Numbered from the stretch's first letter, positions 28,054 to 38,160 are shown. The stretch is DNA of 64,000 nucleotides from an uncultured Chloroflexia bacterium (GCA_963828165.1 CAWHDR010000001.1:352001-416000), one strand, 5' to 3'. Translations and numbers: made by a program. Notes: generated by a model not told the origin, from the letters alone.

Positions 28054-28983
28054 ATGAACACCCAATTCGGTCTCCAGCTCTGGTCGCAAGCCACGGATTG
28101 GCCGGGATTCCGCGACGCTGCGCTCGCGGCCGAGGCGGCCGGCTGGGATTCGGTCTGGACCTGGGACCACTTGATGGCGATCTTCGGCCCGTGGGAGCAA
28201 CCCATCCTCGAAGGCTGGACGACGCTGGCGGCGCTCGGGCCGATCACGACGCGCGTGCGCCTGGGCCTCATGGTCGGGGCGAACACGTTCCGCAACCCGG
28301 GGCTCACGGCCAAGCTCGCCACGACGCTCGACCACGTGTCCGCAGGACGTGCGGTCCTGGGCATCGGCGGGGCCTGGTTCGAGCGCGAGCACGAGGCCTT
28401 CGGCATCGAATTCGGGAAGAGCCCGGGCGAGCGGCTTGACTGGCTGGACGAGTCGGTGATGCTGGTGCGCCGCCTGCTCGATGGCGAACGGGTCGATCAC
28501 GACGGCCCGCGCTACCCGATGCGGGACGCGCTGTGCGAGCCGCGACCGATCCAGGCGCACCTGCCGATCCTCATCGGCGGCGGAGGACGCACGAAGACAC
28601 TGAAAACCGTCGCCATGCGGGCCGATGCCTGGAACAACAACGGGTCGCTGGAGATGCTCCGCGACGCGCTCGAAACACTCGAGCGCCACTGCGTCGACGT
28701 CGGCCGCGACATCGACACGATCGAACGGACGGCGAGCTTCCACATCATCCTGCGCGACAGCGCGGATGCCGCAAGGGCGAGGACCGAGGAGCTGCTGGAC
28801 CACAACGGCGTGTCGCTGGAGGGGTTCGGCAACACCCTGGCCGGGTCGCCGGCGGAGGTCGCGGACATCCTGCGGCCGTACCACGATCTCGGGTTTTCGA
28901 CGTTCATCGTGCGGATGCCCGCTCCGTACGATCGCGAGACGATCGAGCGCATGCCCGAGGTGGGCGCGCTCCTCGACGGATGA
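28054..28983 (+). CDS. LLM class F420-dependent oxidoreductase
   Basis: VWTWDHL, EGWTTLAAL, NTFRNPGLTAKLATTLDH.S.GRAVLGIGGAWFEREH. Confidence 0.9.
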   Translation: MNTQFGLQLWSQATDWPGFRDAALAAEAAGWDSVWTWDHLMAIFGPWEQPILEGWTTLAALGPITTRVRLGLMVGANTFRNPGLTAKLATTLDHVSAGRAVLGIGGAWFEREHEAFGIEFGKSPGERLDWLDESVMLVRRLLDGERVDHDGPRYPMRDALCEPRPIQAHLPILIGGGGRTKTLKTVAMRADAWNNNGSLEMLRDALETLERHCVDVGRDIDTIERTASFHIILRDSADAARARTEELLDHNGVSLEGFGNTLAGSPAEVADILRPYHDLGFSTFIVRMPAPYDRETIERMPEVGALLDG

Positions 28984-29924
28984 GGGTCGTCGAGCTCGCC
29001 GGCGGCGTCGGCGGCGCGAAGCTTGCCGAGGGGCTCGCGGCACACGTGGGGTCGGACCTGACGGTCGTCGTCAACACCGGCGACGACCTGGAGCTGCACG
29101 GGCTCTCGATCTGGCCGGACCACGACACGGTCGCCTACACCCTCGCCGGGCTCGATGACGAGACCCGCGGTTGGGGACTTCGCGATGAGACCTGGACCGT
29201 CATGGAAGGGCTCTGGGCGCTCGGGGACACCTCCTGGTTCCGGCTCGGTGACCGCGACCTCGCGACACACCTCTGGCGAACGGATCGGCTCCGTACCGGC
29301 GCCCGTCCGACCGACGTGGCTCGCGACCTGGCCGCCGCACTGCGCATCGCGTCGACGATCCTGCCGATGAGCGACGAACAGGTCCGGACCGAGGTCCTGA
29401 CCGACGACGGCTGGCTCGAGTTCCAGGAGTACTTCGTGCACCGCCACCAGGAGCCGGAGGTCCGCGAGGTCCGGTTCAACGGCATCGAGGCGGCCCACGC
29501 CACGCCGGAGGTGCTGGCGGCGATCGATGCCGCGGACATCATCGTGATCGCGCCGTCGAACCCGGTCGTCTCGATCGGGCCGATCCTCGCCGTGCCCGGG
29601 ATGGCCAGCGCCGTGGCCGGGGCGCGCGAACGCGGCGTGCCGGTCGTCGCGGTCAGCGGGATCATCGGCGGGAAGGCGCTCAAGGGCCCCGCCGACCGGA
29701 TGCTGACCTCGTTGGGCCATGAATCGAGCGCGCTGGGTGTCGCGCGGTTGTATGCCGGCATCGCAACGGCGTTCATCGTCGACGCGGCTGACGCCGATGC
29801 GACGTCGTCGATCGCCCGCCTCGGGCTCCGGCCGGTCGTCGCGGACACGATCATGAGCGATGACGCGGCCCGCTCGAGGGTCGCCGGCGAGGTCCTGCGC
29901 GCGGCTGGCGCGACAGCCGCATGA
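28980..29924 (+). CDS. cofD: 2-phospho-L-lactate transferase (CofD/FbiA)
   Basis: LAGGVGGAKLAEGL, VNTGDD, PDHDTV.YTL, WFRLGDRDLATH, FQEYFV, PSNPVVSIGPIL, KGPA. Confidence 0.96.
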   Translation: MRVVELAGGVGGAKLAEGLAAHVGSDLTVVVNTGDDLELHGLSIWPDHDTVAYTLAGLDDETRGWGLRDETWTVMEGLWALGDTSWFRLGDRDLATHLWRTDRLRTGARPTDVARDLAAALRIASTILPMSDEQVRTEVLTDDGWLEFQEYFVHRHQEPEVREVRFNGIEAAHATPEVLAAIDAADIIVIAPSNPVVSIGPILAVPGMASAVAGARERGVPVVAVSGIIGGKALKGPADRMLTSLGHESSALGVARLYAGIATAFIVDAADADATSSIARLGLRPVVADTIMSDDAARSRVAGEVLRAAGATAA

Positions 29925-30556
29925 GCGCCGACGTTCCGTCACGGGTCATCTACGCGGTCATCCCGGTGGGTGCGCTGGACGGCGCAAAGTCCCGGCTCGG
30001 TGGCGTGCTGGACGCCGAGGAACGTCACGATCTCGCACTCCGCCTCGCGGACACCACCATCCGGTCGGCGGTCGCGACGCCCGGCATCGCGGAGACCCTC
30101 GTCATCACGCCGGATGACACCGTTCGTGGCGTGGCCATGGCTGCCGGCGGACGGCCCATCCTCCAGCGCAGTCGGGGCCTCAACGCCGCCCTGCGCGAGG
30201 CCCGGGCGGAGGCCCTGGCTGGAGGTGCCACCGCCATGCTGATCCTGCCCACCGACCTGCCGCGGGTCTCCCCTGCCGCCATCGGGGCGTTGCTCGAGCG
30301 ATTGAGCGACGACGCCGGCCCGCTCGTCGCGTTGGTGCCCGACCGGCACGGACGCGGCACGAACGCCCTGTTGCTCGCTCCCCCTGACGTGATCGACGTC
30401 TGTTTCGGCGGCGACAGCCATGCGGCCCACGCGGCCGCGGCGGCGGACGCGGGCGCCCGGTTCATCGACCTCGGAGGTCCCTTGACCTACGACCTCGACA
30501 CGCCCGACGACCTGCTTCTCGACCAGACGCAGGCCGCGGAGTCGATCGGTGGCTGA
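29921..30556 (+). CDS. cofC: 2-phospho-L-lactate/PEP guanylyltransferase (CofC/FbiD)
   Basis: AKSRL, GLNAAL, DLP, PDRHGRGTNALL, FGGDS, DLDTPDDL. Confidence 0.93.
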   Translation: MSADVPSRVIYAVIPVGALDGAKSRLGGVLDAEERHDLALRLADTTIRSAVATPGIAETLVITPDDTVRGVAMAAGGRPILQRSRGLNAALREARAEALAGGATAMLILPTDLPRVSPAAIGALLERLSDDAGPLVALVPDRHGRGTNALLLAPPDVIDVCFGGDSHAAHAAAAADAGARFIDLGGPLTYDLDTPDDLLLDQTQAAESIGG

Positions 30557-31316
30557 ACGGATCGAGGCGATCGCGATCGACGGCCTTGGGGAGATCGTGC
30601 CGGGCGACGACCTGCCGAGCCTCATCGCCGACGCCGTTGCCGCCGCGAGCGACGTCCTCCCGCTGCGGGACGACGATGCCCTCGTCGTCACCCAGAAGAT
30701 CGTCTCCAAGGCGGAAGGCGCGGTCGTCGACCTGACGACCGTCGAACCGAGTCCGGTCGCCCAGGAATTCGCGCGGCGGCACGACCGCGACCCGCGCCAG
30801 GTCGAGGTCGTCTTGCGCGAGGCCAAGCGGGTCGTCCGGATGGCCAATGGCGTGATCATCACCGAGACCCATCATGGCTTCGTGTGCGCCAACGGTGGGA
30901 TCGATGCATCCAATGTCGGGCCGGCTTCCGGGTCGATCGTGACGCTCCTCCCGCGCGACCCCGACGCCTCCGCGGACGGCATCCGTGCCGCGATCCGGAA
31001 ACGGCTCGGCCAGGACGTGCCGGTCGTCGTCTCGGACAGCTTCGGGCGGCCGTGGCGCCTCGGCATCGTCGATGTCGCGATCGGGGTGTCGGGCCTGCTC
31101 GCGCTCGACGACCTGCGCGGCCAGCCGGACGCCGACGGGCGGGTCATGAAGTCGACGGTCCGCGCGGTCGCCGACGAGCTGGCCTCGGCCGCGGAGCTCG
31201 TCCTTGGCAAGACCGCGTCGCGACCCCTCGCGCTCGTTCGCGGCGCATCGTTCGTGCGCGGCGAGGGCCGCATCGCCGACGCCCTGCTGCCCGCGGAGAT
31301 GGACCTCTTCCGCTAG
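30549..31316 (+). CDS. cofE: Coenzyme F420-0:L-glutamate ligase (single domain, no nitroreductase fusion)
   Basis: PGDDL, TQKIVSKAEG, GFVCANGGIDASN, LLP.DPDASA, SDSFGRPWR.G, ADELASAA, DLFR. Confidence 0.96.
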   Translation: MAERIEAIAIDGLGEIVPGDDLPSLIADAVAAASDVLPLRDDDALVVTQKIVSKAEGAVVDLTTVEPSPVAQEFARRHDRDPRQVEVVLREAKRVVRMANGVIITETHHGFVCANGGIDASNVGPASGSIVTLLPRDPDASADGIRAAIRKRLGQDVPVVVSDSFGRPWRLGIVDVAIGVSGLLALDDLRGQPDADGRVMKSTVRAVADELASAAELVLGKTASRPLALVRGASFVRGEGRIADALLPAEMDLFR

Positions 31317-31344
31317 TGTCGGGCGCTTGCGCTAGGCTCGGGCG

Positions 31345-32238
31345 GTGAAGCTCGGCCTGCAGATCCCGTCGTTCACGTGGCCCGGCGGACCGGAGGCCAT
31401 CGGCCCCACCCTGGGGCGCATCGTGCGCGACGCGGACGACGCCGGATTCGACTCGATCTGGGTGATGGACCACTTCTTCCAGATCCGCAGCGTGGGGGCC
31501 ATCGATGAGCCCATGCTCGAGGGCTGGACGACGCTCGGGTTCATGGCCGCGCACTCCAGCCGTGCCCGGCTCGGGCTGATGGTCGGCGGTGTCCACTACC
31601 GGGACCCGGGGCTCTGGATCAAGGCGGCGACCACGCTGGACGTACTGTCCGGCGGCCGGGCGTGGTTCGGGATCGGCGCGGCCTGGAACGAGGTGGAATC
31701 GCGGGCACTGGGCTTCCGGTTCCCGCCGCTCGGCGAGCGCTTCGAGCTGCTCGAGGACACCTTGCGCATGGCCCACGGCATGTGGTCGGGCGAGCGCGGG
31801 TCGGAGGCGGTGCTCGAAGGGCACCACCTGCGTGCGGCGCGGCTCCTGAACTCCCCCCAGTCCATCTCGCGGCCGCGCGTCCCGATCATGATCGGCGGAG
31901 GCGGCGAGAAGAAGACCCTACGACTCGTGGCGCAGTACGGCGATGCGTGCAACGTCTTCGGGTCGCCCGAAGGGATCGCGCGCAAATACCGGATCCTCGA
32001 CGAGCACTGTGCGGCGCTCGGGCGCGACCCGGCCGAGATCGAGCGCTCCACGTTGCAGGACGTGAACCTGTCGCGCGATGGCGGGCGTCGGGCGGAGTCC
32101 GCGGCGCAGGTCGTGGACCGATTCGGGGACCTCGCCGACGCCGGCGCGGAGCACATCATCGTGAGCGTGCCCGCGGTGCACGACCCGGCCCGGATCGCCG
32201 CGCTGGCCGCGGTGATCCCGGAACTCAGGGCGCTGTAG
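31345..32238 (+). CDS. LLM class F420-dependent oxidoreductase (TIGR03560/Rv1855c-like)
   Basis: WVMDHFFQI, TTLDVLSGGRAW.GIGAAW, PIMIGGGGEKKTLRLVAQY. Confidence 0.92.
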   Translation: MKLGLQIPSFTWPGGPEAIGPTLGRIVRDADDAGFDSIWVMDHFFQIRSVGAIDEPMLEGWTTLGFMAAHSSRARLGLMVGGVHYRDPGLWIKAATTLDVLSGGRAWFGIGAAWNEVESRALGFRFPPLGERFELLEDTLRMAHGMWSGERGSEAVLEGHHLRAARLLNSPQSISRPRVPIMIGGGGEKKTLRLVAQYGDACNVFGSPEGIARKYRILDEHCAALGRDPAEIERSTLQDVNLSRDGGRRAESAAQVVDRFGDLADAGAEHIIVSVPAVHDPARIAALAAVIPELRAL

Positions 32239-32302
32239 TGGCGGGCCGGGATCGCGGCGCCATACTCTAGGGGGGTATAGGAATGGTGATACGATATCGG
32301 TC

Positions 32303-33403
32303 ATGAAGGACAAGGAACCATTCGGCGGTCTGGCCATCGATTTCGGCGCTGACGCCGGCGGTGCGTCGGCGACGGCGACGCCCCTCGCCATCGCGCCTGA
32401 GGCCCCGCCCACCGCGACTGGTGGCCCGGCGACCATCGCGAGCGCCGGAGACCGGGTCGACACGAAGCTCCTGATCGTGGGGTCCGGCCCGGCTGGGCTG
32501 ACTGCCGCGGTCTATGCCGCGCGCGCGGCCCTCGAGCCGGTCGTCCTGGCCGGCTCTGCGCCGGGTGGCCAGCTGATGCTGACGAGCGACGTCGAGAACT
32601 ACCCGGGATTCCCAGACGGCATCCAGGGTCCGGACCTGATGGCCGCGATGCGCGCCCAGGCCGAGCGCTTCGGAGCGCGCCTGGTCGATGTCGATATCGA
32701 CAAGGTGGACTTCTCGGAGCGTCCGTTCCGGATCTGGGCCCGAGGCACGGAGTACCGCGCGCAGTCGGTGGTCGTCGCCACCGGGGCGTCGGCGCTGTGG
32801 CTCGGTCTCGATAGCGAGACCCGCCTGCGCGGGCGCGGCGTGTCGGCGTGCGCGACGTGCGACGGCTTCTTCTTCCGCGACCGCGAGATCGCGGTCGTCG
32901 GCGGTGGCGACACCGCATTCGAGGAAGCGACGTACCTCACCCGGTTCGCCACGAAGGTCCACCTGCTCCACCGGCGCGACACGTTCCGCGCGAGCAAGAT
33001 CATGATCGACCGGGCGTACGACCACCCCAAGATCGAGATCCACCCGAACACCGCGGTCGAGGAAGTCCTCGGCGACGCCAAGGTCGAGGGCCTCAAGGTC
33101 CGCGACACGACCACCGGCGAGATGAGCGAGATGCAGCTCGACGGCGTGTTCATCGCGATCGGCTACGTGCCCAACACGGCGCCGTTCCGCGAGTGGCTCG
33201 AGGTCGATCCGAAGGGCTACCTCGTCGTCCGCGACGAAACCGGCTCGAACATCGAAGGCGTATTCATCGCCGGCGACGTCCACGATCACCGCTATCGCCA
33301 GGCCGTGACCGCGGCCGGCGACGGGTGCAAGGCGGCCATCGACGCCGAACGCTGGCTCGAGGCTCAGGGGATCACCGAAGCCGCGACCGCGACCGCCTGG
33401 TAA
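32303..33403 (+). CDS. trxB: Thioredoxin-disulfide reductase
   Basis: GSGPAG, GGQL..TSDVENYPGFP, SACATCDG, GGGDTA, HRRD.FRAS, YRQAVTAAG.G; about 50-aa N-terminal extension. Confidence 0.96.
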   Translation: MKDKEPFGGLAIDFGADAGGASATATPLAIAPEAPPTATGGPATIASAGDRVDTKLLIVGSGPAGLTAAVYAARAALEPVVLAGSAPGGQLMLTSDVENYPGFPDGIQGPDLMAAMRAQAERFGARLVDVDIDKVDFSERPFRIWARGTEYRAQSVVVATGASALWLGLDSETRLRGRGVSACATCDGFFFRDREIAVVGGGDTAFEEATYLTRFATKVHLLHRRDTFRASKIMIDRAYDHPKIEIHPNTAVEEVLGDAKVEGLKVRDTTTGEMSEMQLDGVFIAIGYVPNTAPFREWLEVDPKGYLVVRDETGSNIEGVFIAGDVHDHRYRQAVTAAGDGCKAAIDAERWLEAQGITEAATATAW

Positions 33404-35513
33404 TGGGCTTTCCACGCGGTGGCGGCACGCGAGCCGCCACGGGCGGCGCCACGGGTGGCGGCGGACGCGGCGGCGGCCGGATGGTCGGCGGTGGCGGGAT
33501 GTGGGGCGGACCCACCACCGAGTTCACCCCGGTTCCCAAGGAGCGACGCGCCCGCACGCTCCGGCGCATCGTCGCGTTCTTCGGGCCATATCGCCTGCAG
33601 GTCGTGGTCGTCCTGGTCGCGATCCTGGCCACGAGCCTGATCGGGCTGGTCAATCCGCTCCTGCTGGGCGTCCTGCTCGACGAGGTCATCATCGGTGGCC
33701 AGTACGACAAGCTGAACCTGTACGTCGGTCTGATGATCGTGCTCCCGATCGTGACCGGGCTCATCGGCGTCGGCCAGAGCTACCTCAACAACGTCATCGG
33801 CCAGAACGTCATGCAGGACCTGCGGGGCGCGCTCTACGCGCACCTGCAGCGGATGCCGCTGCGATTCTTCACCGAGACGCGGACCGGTGAGATCCAAAGC
33901 CGACTGGCGAACGACGTCGGTGGCGTCCAGGCCGTCGTCACCGACACGGCGAGCTCCATCACGAGCAACCTGGCGGTCGCCATCAGCACGATCGTGGCCA
34001 TGTTCATCCTGAGCTGGCAGCTGGCCGTGCTGTCGCTTGCGCTGCTGCCGTTCTTCCTGTATCTGACCTACCGGGTGGGCAAGGTCCGGCGCGAGATCTC
34101 GAGCGAAACGCAGAAGTCCATGGCGGAGATGAGCGCGACCACCGAGGAGACCCTCAGCGTGTCGGGCATGCTCCTCTCGAAGACCTTCGGCCAGCAGGCG
34201 AACGCGATCAAGAAGTTCCGGGCGATCAACAAGACCCTCGCGGGCCTCCAGATCCGCCAGGCGATGGTCGGCCGCTGGTTCTTCATGATCATCGGCACGA
34301 TCTTCAGCATCATGCCGGCCTTCGTGTACTGGCTCGCCGGGACGCTCGCCGCCAATGGCGATCCCACCGCCCCGACCGCCGGCGCCATCGTCGCGTTCAC
34401 GACCCTCCAGAGCCGGCTGTTCTTCCCGCTCGGCCAGCTGCTCAACGTGCAGGTCGAGATCCAGGGTTCCATGGCGCTGTTCGACCGGATCTTCGAGTAC
34501 CTCGAGATGGATCCCGAGATCGTCGATGCGCCCGACGCGGTGGCCCTGTCGCGCGACGAGGTCCGCGGGCAGGTCAGGTTCCACGACGTGTGGTTCCGCT
34601 ACCCGACCGAGGCCGTCCCCTCAGCGCGCGCCCATGACGCGCTCGCTCAAGGGCATGAGCATCGGGAAGCGGAGGAGATCGAGGCGGCGCGTCGCGGCCG
34701 CCCCGGTCGAGGAGGAGGCCGTCGAGGCGGTCGTCGGCGGGATGGCGCCCGACGGCACCCTGGCCGAGGTGCCCGCGATCGAGATGCTCCCGCACCTTCG
34801 CCCTGGAGGGCATCGACTTCGACGCGCTGCCGGGTGAGCTGGTGGCACTCGTCGGGCCATCGGGATCGGGCAAGACGACGACGACCTACCTCATCCCCAG
34901 GCTCTACGACGTCGACGCCGGTGCCGTGGAGATCGACGGACTGGACATCCGGCGAATCAAGCTCGAATCGCTGGGCCAGATCATCGGCGTCGTGACCCAG
35001 GAGACGTACCTGTTCCACGCGTCCGTGCGCCAGAACCTGATCTATGCCAAGCCGGAGGCGACGGACGAGGAGCTGGAGGTTGCCTCTCGCGCGGCCGCGA
35101 TCCACGAGCGGATCATGGAGCTTCCCGAGGGCTACGACACCGTCGTGGGCGAACGCGGGTACAAGCTGTCCGGAGGCGAGAAGCAGCGGATCGCGATCGC
35201 CCGGGTGCTCCTCAAGGATCCACGCATCCTGATCCTCGACGAGGCGACCTCCGCGCTCGACACGGTGTCCGAGCGGCTCATCCAGGCCGCGTTCGAGCGA
35301 CTGATGGAGGGCCGCACGACGATCGCCATCGCTCACCGGCTATCGACGATCCTGCGCGCGGACCGGATCCTCGTGTACGACCGCGGGCGGATCGTCGAGC
35401 GCGGTACACATGCCGAGCTGCTGGCCCAGGGTGGCCTGTACGCGCGGCTGTATCGCGAGCAATTCCTGTCGGAGCGGCCGGCGGAGGAAGCGACGCCCGC
35501 CGCGTCCTACTGA
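33403..35513 (+). CDS. Fused ABC transporter permease/ATPase (MsbA-like), interrupted by two +1 frameshifts near 34690 and 34793
   Basis: TMD with [16 protein letters not shown]; [35 protein letters not shown] in another frame; linker [16 protein letters not shown] in the intermediate frame. Confidence 0.88.
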
Positions 35514-35520
35514 ACCGGCG

Positions 35521-36012
35521 ATGCCCACCCACAAGTCGGTCCACCTCGAGCATCGCGGCGGGATGCTGTTCGTGGCCCAGCCGAGCTCCGGACACGTCAT
35601 CTCCTTCGACGAGCGCAGATCGAACCAGGGTGGCAGCCCGGTCGAGACGGTGCTCTCGGCGCTCGCCGCGTGCACGGCGATGGACGTCATCTCGATCGCA
35701 TCCAAGAAGCGCCAGGCCATCACGTCGTACGAGATCGAGGCGACCGGCAGCCAGCGCGACGAGTACCCACAGGTCTACACCGAGATCGAGCTCGTGCACG
35801 TCTTCCGTGGGAACGGCCTCTCCGAGGCCTCGATCCGCCGCTCGATCGAGCTGTCCGCCACGAAGTACTGCCCGGTGAGCGCGATGTTGTCGGCGGGGGC
35901 CACCGTGGTGCATCACCGCTATCGGATCGCGTCGGACGGGGAGCGGCCGTTCGAGGCGGCCGGACTCGTGATCTCGACGGGTCCGTATCAGCGGCCCGAC
36001 GTCCTGGCGTAA
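35521..36012 (+). CDS. OsmC family protein (YhfA-like)
   Basis: GSPVE.VL.ALAACTAMDVISI, IELSATKYCPVSAML. Confidence 0.92.
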   Translation: MPTHKSVHLEHRGGMLFVAQPSSGHVISFDERRSNQGGSPVETVLSALAACTAMDVISIASKKRQAITSYEIEATGSQRDEYPQVYTEIELVHVFRGNGLSEASIRRSIELSATKYCPVSAMLSAGATVVHHRYRIASDGERPFEAAGLVISTGPYQRPDVLA

Positions 36013-36263
36013 CCCCGGGCTATCCGGGCGCCACGGGCATCAAGCAAGAGTTCCGAGTCATTTGCTCGTGAGGCCAGCGCGGGGCCAATGAATCCTCGCC
36101 ATCGGCGTCTCTCGACACACGAGTGGCGAGATGACGGGCACGTCGACGCACGGCCATCGCGATCGGTTCGGGTCCCGCTAACCAGGATCACGTCTTCTGC
36201 CGGTCACGCGAGCAATCGACGAGGATCTGCCCGCAAGGCGAAACGTGTTGGACCCCACGGACC

Positions 36264-36791
36264 TCAGCCGTAGTGGATCGAATCCACCTCGAAGGTGAGC
36301 TGCCGCACGCGACCGCGGGTCCACAGGCGAGTCACGAGGTCCGGCACCCACCAGCGCAGGAAGTACAGCCGGCAGCCCAGGCAGTAGCCGGTCACCGCCA
36401 GCAGGGTCTGCAGGGCCGCGACGGCGAGCGTGAAGACCCAGCCGACGGTCGGCGCGCCGACCACGAAGGCGATCAGGGCGAGAGTCAGGGCGGCGCTGCC
36501 GAGCACCTGCGCGAAGCGGGGCGGGTACTCGTGCTCGGGCTCGACGGTGCCGAAGCCGGCGACGGCGACGATGCGGCGCCACGCCACGCCGTAGATCGAG
36601 TACCGCAGCCCGAAGGCCGCGCTCACGCCGATCGAGACCAGCGTGAACGCCCCGAGCCAGGGTGTTCCGGTGACCAGGGCAACGATGAGGATGATCGCCG
36701 AGACGCCGGCGCCGAAGCGGTGACCACGAGGATCGATCATGCGTGCGGGTGGCAAGTGCGAAGCGGCCGTGGCGGGAATGGCACGTGGCAT
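36264..36791 (-). CDS. DUF4395 family membrane protein
   Basis: IDPRG.RFGA, EHEYPPRFAQVLG, GYCLGCRLY. Confidence 0.88.
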   Translation of the reverse strand: MPRAIPATAASHLPPARMIDPRGHRFGAGVSAIILIVALVTGTPWLGAFTLVSIGVSAAFGLRYSIYGVAWRRIVAVAGFGTVEPEHEYPPRFAQVLGSAALTLALIAFVVGAPTVGWVFTLAVAALQTLLAVTGYCLGCRLYFLRWWVPDLVTRLWTRGRVRQLTFEVDSIHYG

Positions 36792-36894
36792 CGGTCGGTC
36801 TCCGTGGCTGGGGGACCGTAACGATAGCATGGAACTCCTATCGGTTTACTGGGCGATCTCGAGTCCTACACCGCGACGCCTCTAGCGGTTCCCG

Positions 36895-36933
36895 CTTGCA
36901 TCATTATGCAGGCGTACTGTATCGTCATACGCC
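36895..36933 (+). promoter_or_regulatory. Tandem ARG boxes (ArgR operator)
   Basis: TGCATCATTATGCA at 36897 and TGTATCGTCATACG at 36918; 21-bp period equals 18-bp box plus 3-bp spacer; upstream of argC. Confidence 0.85.
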
Positions 36934-37002
36934 CATGACGACGGTCCATCCGATCCCGGCGAGCCATCCGAGTCAGCCTCCCGAGAGAGGCTGCGTGCGC
37001 CC

Positions 37003-38160
37003 GTGAGCGCAGGACTCGGGTCGCCCGCGGCGATCGCGACGGACCGGCCGTCGGGGGTCTTGCCGCGCTCGCAGCGGGGCGTGCCCGGCAGCGATGGCTC
37101 GCGACGCATCCGGGTCGGGATCATCGGTGCCACCGGCTACGGCGGCGGCGAGCTGATCCGCCTGCTGAGCCGCCATCCGAACGTCCAGATCGTCGGACTC
37201 GCCGGACGCGATCGCCAGGACGAGGCGGTCGGTGACCACCACGCGCACCTCGCAACGACCGAGCTGACCGTCGGCACCGATCTGCCCGAGGTCGACGCGG
37301 CGTTCCTGGCCCTCCCCCACGGCGCCGCGGCCAAGCTCGTGCCGGACGTCCTCACGACCGGGGCGGCGGTCATCGACCTCGGGCCGGACTTCCGACTCCG
37401 CGACGCGGCCGACTATCCGCGCTGGTACGGCTTCGAGCATCCCGCGCCCGAGCTGCTCGACGTGGCCGTGTACGGCCTTCCGGAGCTGCATCGAGCCGAA
37501 CTGGCGGCCCTGGTCGACGCGCCGATCGCGCTGGTCGGCGCGCCGGGCTGCTACCCGACGGCGACCCTCCTGGCCCTCGCGCCCCTGGCTCGAGCCGGTC
37601 TGATCGGCGACCTCGTGGTGGACGCGAAGAGCGGGGTGTCCGGCGCGGGGCGCGAGGCGAAGGCCGAGATGATGTACGGCGAGGTCAACGAGAACGTGAA
37701 GGCGTACGGCCTGGGCGGTCACCGCCATGTCGCCGAGATCGAGCAGGAGCTTGCCGTCGCGGCCACTCGCCAGGGCCTGGATCCTGGCGCGAATCCGGGT
37801 GCGATCACCGTCGACTTCGTGCCGCATCTCGTCCCGATGACCCGCGGCATCCACTCGACCAGCCACGTTCGACCGACACGTCCGATCACGCAGTCCGAGC
37901 TCGACGGGCTCTACGCCGCCGCGTACGCGGACGAGCCATTCGTCCGGGTCGTGGCCGCGCCGCCGTCCACCAAGCACACGACCGGCAGCAACCACGTGCT
38001 CGTCCACGTCCGGCTCGATGAGCGCACGGGCCGGATCATCGCGATCGGCGTCGAGGACAACCTCGTCAAGGGCGCGGCTGGACAGGCCATCCAGGCCTTC
38101 AATCTCGCCCACGGCCTGCCAGAGACGGCCGGCCTCGAGCAGCTCCCGCTGGCGCCGTAG
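37003..38160 (+). CDS. argC: N-acetyl-gamma-glutamyl-phosphate reductase
   Basis: IIGATGYGGGEL, ALPHG, YGLPEL, PGCYPT, KSGVSGAGR, DNLVKGAAGQA. Confidence 0.96.
   Translation: MSAGLGSPAAIATDRPSGVLPRSQRGVPGSDGSRRIRVGIIGATGYGGGELIRLLSRHPNVQIVGLAGRDRQDEAVGDHHAHLATTELTVGTDLPEVDAAFLALPHGAAAKLVPDVLTTGAAVIDLGPDFRLRDAADYPRWYGFEHPAPELLDVAVYGLPELHRAELAALVDAPIALVGAPGCYPTATLLALAPLARAGLIGDLVVDAKSGVSGAGREAKAEMMYGEVNENVKAYGLGGHRHVAEIEQELAVAATRQGLDPGANPGAITVDFVPHLVPMTRGIHSTSHVRPTRPITQSELDGLYAAAYADEPFVRVVAAPPSTKHTTGSNHVLVHVRLDERTGRIIAIGVEDNLVKGAAGQAIQAFNLAHGLPETAGLEQLPLAP

Noticed and set aside
36088-36273. 61-aa ORF in the osmC-DUF4395 gap
   Set aside because: No RBS, atypical composition, and it overlaps the inverted-repeat element
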